DNA from: a virus
Lineage: Duplodnaviria > Caudoviricetes
Strand: one strand, 5' to 3'
Virus record (IMG/VR): IMGVR_UViG_3300037424_001266
Location: 1 to 28,430 of that record
DNA length: 28,430 bases
The position numbers were made by a program, and so were the translations under genes. A model generated the notes under the pieces. It was not told the DNA's origin. It made no database searches and was given only the letters and a program-made list of their open reading frames with translations. The first letter of the stretch is position 1, and each line of letters begins with the position of its first letter. Shown one piece after another: positions 25,568 to 28,430 of the stretch.

Positions 25568-25605
25568 GTAACGGGATCCCGACCTGGCCAGCTCGATCGT
25601 GTTAC
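25568..25605. repeat. GTAAC-N28-GTTAC element #10 (mostly intergenic; supplies the stop codon of 25602..25994)
   Basis: GGG GTAAC GGGATCCCGACCTGGCCAGCTCGATCGT GTTAC CCA. Confidence 0.95.
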
Positions 25606-25994
25606 CCATGCTCGGTACACTTCGGGCCCCTTGGCTCTTTCCTTCTTTCAGGCCCCCCGTATCCGGGAGAGAACTTTCCTTCTCCGTGCCCTCCCATCTG
25701 TACGATCGCATCATGAGCCCCCCGGAGGCGGTTATGAGAAGCGATCACCCCGTCGATCTTTATATCCTGGGAGGAATTATGTTCCCACAAGGCCCGGAAG
25801 GTATCGACGACCCGTTTTTCCATATCGTCGAACCGGGACATGATCGGCCCGATTTCCAAGCGGATCTCGTCTCGTAGAACTTTGAGGATCTTGTAGGTCG
25901 CCACGACAACCGACAAGACGATCGGCACGGCGAGAGCGATGAGGTTCCATAAGATCGCCGGGGAGAAGGATTCTCCCCCGGGTGGGTTTGTCAT
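25602..25994 (-). CDS. Single-TM plus coiled-coil protein (lysis-associated)
   Basis: ILWNLIALAVPIVLSVVVATY TM segment; last gene of the lysis cassette. Confidence 0.6.
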   Translation of the reverse strand: MTNPPGGESFSPAILWNLIALAVPIVLSVVVATYKILKVLRDEIRLEIGPIMSRFDDMEKRVVDTFRALWEHNSSQDIKIDGVIASHNRLRGAHDAIVQMGGHGEGKFSPGYGGPERRKEPRGPKCTEHG

Positions 25995-26482
25995 TTACCG
26001 ACTCCTTTGATTTTCTCCACGGATCTCAACGTACCAAGGCCGAGCATCCCTGCCAGGAGGACGATCAGATCCCCCATCGGCACTTCGGGCAGGATGGGGA
26101 CGCTCAGGACGTCCCGCCCGGAGATCACCGCGCCACACTCGAAGATGAACGGCAGGATCGGTTTCAAGAGGAAGGTGTAGAACAGCCCCAGGACGCACAC
26201 CCATCCCACGGCCGGCCGCCATCGCGTGACAAACGGATCCTGAGACGCCGCTTCGAGCTTTGCGATCGCGGTCTGTCCCTCCATCTGGGACCGATCATAC
26301 TCTGCCTTGGTCTGGGCCGCGGCCGCCTCGAGGGCGGTCATCTTCATCATGAGTTCAGCCTGTTGATTCGGATCGAGGATCGACTTCCCGGTGATCGCCT
26401 CCCGGAGATCCTTCGCAAACACACCGAGCCCCGAGAACAGCCCCGAAGCCCCTCCTGCCAGGAGTTCCGAGAAGAAGGACAT
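25991..26482 (-). CDS. Holin, 3TM (GTA-holin-like) family
   Basis: EAASQDPFVTRWRPAVGWVC..LLAGMLGLGTLRSVEKIKGV. Confidence 0.8.
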   Translation of the reverse strand: MSFFSELLAGGASGLFSGLGVFAKDLREAITGKSILDPNQQAELMMKMTALEAAAAQTKAEYDRSQMEGQTAIAKLEAASQDPFVTRWRPAVGWVCVLGLFYTFLLKPILPFIFECGAVISGRDVLSVPILPEVPMGDLIVLLAGMLGLGTLRSVEKIKGVGK

Positions 26483-26616
26483 TAGAGTTTCACCCCCCGG
26501 AGAGTTTCCTCAGCGGCCTTGATCCGTGTGTAGTGTTTCCGCATCACCAGGGCCCCGACCGCAAAGCCCACCGCCAGGGCCCCGACCACCAATCCCAACA
26601 CCGTCCATCCGTCCAT
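26482..26616 (-). CDS. 44-aa single-TM protein
   Basis: MDGWTVLGLVVGALAVGFAVGALVMRKHYTRIKAAEETLRGVKL*; AAGGAG RBS. Confidence 0.6.
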   Translation of the reverse strand: MDGWTVLGLVVGALAVGFAVGALVMRKHYTRIKAAEETLRGVKL

Positions 26617-26673
26617 TGTGAATCTCCTTTCACTCGTTAAGGTTTGCGTCTGGAACCATGTCCAGGATCTCGA

Positions 26674-27042
26674 TCAACGGACGCCCCCTCCTGTACCAGG
26701 GGGGCTTTTCGGTATTCCCACGGGGGATGTCCACGAAAAAGGGGGGGAGAACGGGCCCCCCACTCCTTTCGCCGTCACCGATTTCACCCGGAGGGTGTGT
26801 TGTACGTTATGCCCGTAGGGTTTCGGAATGGGTACGGCTAATGCCGTGGTCGCCGGAAGGAGCGTCCCATCCCACTCCGCGACATACGAGAGAGGGAGAT
26901 CGGCTGGCTCGATCGCCGTGTTATCGGTGTACTGCGTTGCTGATTGCCAGAATGCCTCGCAGGAATCCGGGCACGTCGCGCTTGCGAAGCCCGCGTACAT
27001 CAGAATCACCATCGCCGCCAGAATACCGAGAATCTTTTTCAT
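26674..27042 (-). CDS. Secreted protein (signal peptide plus Fn3-like beta sandwich)
   Basis: ATG 27042 (GGAGG RBS): MKKILGILAAMVILMYAGFASA|TCPDSC..W..YTDNTAI..LRVKSVT..GPFS. Confidence 0.6.
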   Translation of the reverse strand: MKKILGILAAMVILMYAGFASATCPDSCEAFWQSATQYTDNTAIEPADLPLSYVAEWDGTLLPATTALAVPIPKPYGHNVQHTLRVKSVTAKGVGGPFSPPFSWTSPVGIPKSPPGTGGGVR

Positions 27043-27479
27043 GTTGCCTCCCTTTCGCCCTTGGCGAGTTCTCTGCAAATCCGTTCCGCACGTTTTCCGA
27101 CCTGCCCGAACCACAGCGAATCCATCGCGTGTCCCGCGATTTCGCTCCAATCGTCCGGATCCTTGTCCATGATCTCCCGGACCATATTCCGGAACTTCCG
27201 GACTCCATCTTCGCCCAGGTTGAAGATCATGTCCACCAGACACTCCTGCCGAACCTCGTTGATCGGTGTAGGGACCCCGAGGAACAGGTCGATGAACCCT
27301 CCCACCGCCGTCAGGATATGCCTCCACAAGAGCTTCTCCGCTTCCGGTTCGGTGATCGTCGCCCCAGGCCCAGGCGCCTTGCACCCGTACCCGTAGGTCC
27401 ATTGTTTCCGATCCCAATACGCCTCGGCCCGGAACCCTTCCTCGGTCTTTACTCGTTCGATGATCCGCTCGATGTTCAT
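27039..27479 (-). CDS. Endolysin, GH24 (T4-like) lysozyme
   Basis: EEGFRAEAYWD..WTYGYG..RQECLVDMIFNLG..KFRNM..MDSLWFGQVGKRAER. Confidence 0.85.
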   Translation of the reverse strand: MNIERIIERVKTEEGFRAEAYWDRKQWTYGYGCKAPGPGATITEPEAEKLLWRHILTAVGGFIDLFLGVPTPINEVRQECLVDMIFNLGEDGVRKFRNMVREIMDKDPDDWSEIAGHAMDSLWFGQVGKRAERICRELAKGEREAT

Positions 27480-28274
27480 TTACCAGGCCGCCTGGGCCGA
27501 GCGTTTCCATGCGTTATCCGCGGCCGGCACGGTGTAGATGTACGAGTTGTCGATCGCGATCATCCCCGGTTTTCCGAAGGCCGTTGCCGATGCGGGAGTC
27601 GCCCGGAAGGGCGGGTAGATGGCGATCCACGTTCCCGGGGTGCCGGCCACGGAGCAGTACCAGTAGATCGGCGTGTCGGCGATCACCGTGGGGATCGCGG
27701 CGACGGTGCTGTAGACCCGATCCCCCACGGCATACGTCCCGGACGTCGGCGCCGCGGCGCCCGTGTCGAACACCTTTCCGTCGATCGTCACCTTCAAGAA
27801 AGCTCCGATATTCGCCGTTGAGGTCCCGGAGTTCGTCACCCCGGTTGTGGTAATGGCCCCCGTTGTCAGACTGTCCGATACGAAAGCCCCGCTGAAAGTG
27901 CCTGTCGTTCCGGTGAGGGCCCCCGTCAAGGTCGTCTCCCCCGTGATGCTTGCCGTACCGGACGCCACAAAATCGACGATGGAGAGGATATACCCCGAGA
28001 TCGTCCCGGAACCGTCCCCGGTGATATTCAGGGGCCGGATCGTCCTGGTGTAGGAGTTATCCCAGGGGATTTGCGAGCCGTTGAGCCTGGTCAGCGTGAT
28101 CGTTGAGCCCGTGGAGGTCGCCCGGGAGAACGTCTGCGCCGGCACGTTATCCGTGCCCATGTAGATATCTTCCTTGCCGATCAACCCTTTGGTGATCGTA
28201 TCGGCCCCGACCGAGAACACCACGACGGACAGGACCGCCGTGACGAACAGCAGAAACCACAATTTGTTTCTCAT
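27480..28274 (-). CDS. Tail-fibre-like protein with an N-terminal signal-peptide-like segment
   Basis: MRNKLWFLLFVTAVLSVVVFSVGA; Thr/Gly-rich; AAPTSGTYAVGDRVY..WYCSVAGTPGTW; PASATAFGKPGMIAIDNSYIY..WKR fibre-type motifs. Confidence 0.6.
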   Translation of the reverse strand: MRNKLWFLLFVTAVLSVVVFSVGADTITKGLIGKEDIYMGTDNVPAQTFSRATSTGSTITLTRLNGSQIPWDNSYTRTIRPLNITGDGSGTISGYILSIVDFVASGTASITGETTLTGALTGTTGTFSGAFVSDSLTTGAITTTGVTNSGTSTANIGAFLKVTIDGKVFDTGAAAPTSGTYAVGDRVYSTVAAIPTVIADTPIYWYCSVAGTPGTWIAIYPPFRATPASATAFGKPGMIAIDNSYIYTVPAADNAWKRSAQAAW

Positions 28275-28429
28275 CACTTACCTCCGTAGACTTTATTCAT
28301 ACGCAAAAACGCCGGCCGTTGCAGGACGGGTTGTTTCAGGAGTCCACGCAGTTCCGGGGGTAGCATCGTCTCCCCGATCTGCTTCTCGATCGCCTTCTCG
28401 TCGATCATGATCCATTCCTCGGGCGGTAC
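28274..28429 (-). CDS. C-terminal end of an upstream gene (starts beyond window)
   Basis: Open frame ..VPPEEWIMIDEKAIEKQIGE..YGGK*. Its TGA overlaps the next ATG. Confidence 0.55.
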   Translation of the reverse strand, partial: VPPEEWIMIDEKAIEKQIGETMLPPELRGLLKQPVLQRPAFLRMNKVYGGK

Positions 28430-28430
28430 T

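Noticed and set aside
4737-25605. N28 elements as integron attC sites or a CRISPR array
   Set aside because: attC needs RYYYAAC...GTTRRRY with long internal complementarity, lies between cassettes and needs an IntI. These elements are 38 bp, mostly intragenic, and no integrase is present. They are dispersed rather than a regular repeat-spacer array, and no cas genes are seen.
1-28430. Stop-codon recoding, diversity-generating retroelement, tRNA genes
   Set aside because: TAA, TAG and TGA all terminate genes with tight junctions. No reverse transcriptase or TR/VR pair was seen, and no tRNA cloverleaf was recognised by eye.
1-28430. Host assignment from high GC and frequent GATC/CCGG
   Set aside because: GT9 genes and the lysis genes suggest a Gram-negative host, but composition alone cannot support a taxon call.

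Overview
GC-rich fragment of a tailed (podovirus-like) bacteriophage genome, probably circular or permuted. The minus strand 1-18.5 kb carries the late module: small terminase, a large terminase split into separate ATPase and nuclease genes, portal, scaffold, N4-gp56-like major capsid, a GT9 glycosyltransferase/methyltransferase cluster with an Acb2/Tad1-like gene, and adaptor and nozzle proteins. At 18.7-19.75 kb lie a putative origin (three perfect DnaA boxes plus a 22-bp direct repeat), a replication-initiator-like gene, a Cro-like HTH and back-to-back promoters. The plus strand 19.8-25.5 kb carries small early genes (PC4-like, RHH, SSB, Zn-finger, ASCH). The minus strand 25.6-28.4 kb carries lysis genes (3TM holin, GH24 lysozyme) and a fibre-like protein. 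No integrase, CRISPR or tRNA was seen. The main unexplained signal is a dispersed DNA element, GTAAC-N28-GTTAC (usually G-flanked left, C-flanked right). I found it 10 times by eye with exactly 28-nt spacing, in early and late genes and in different reading frames. Two copies lie in the insert that splits the terminase and two in a candidate cognate DNA-binding gene. All product calls come from motif recognition, not database searches.
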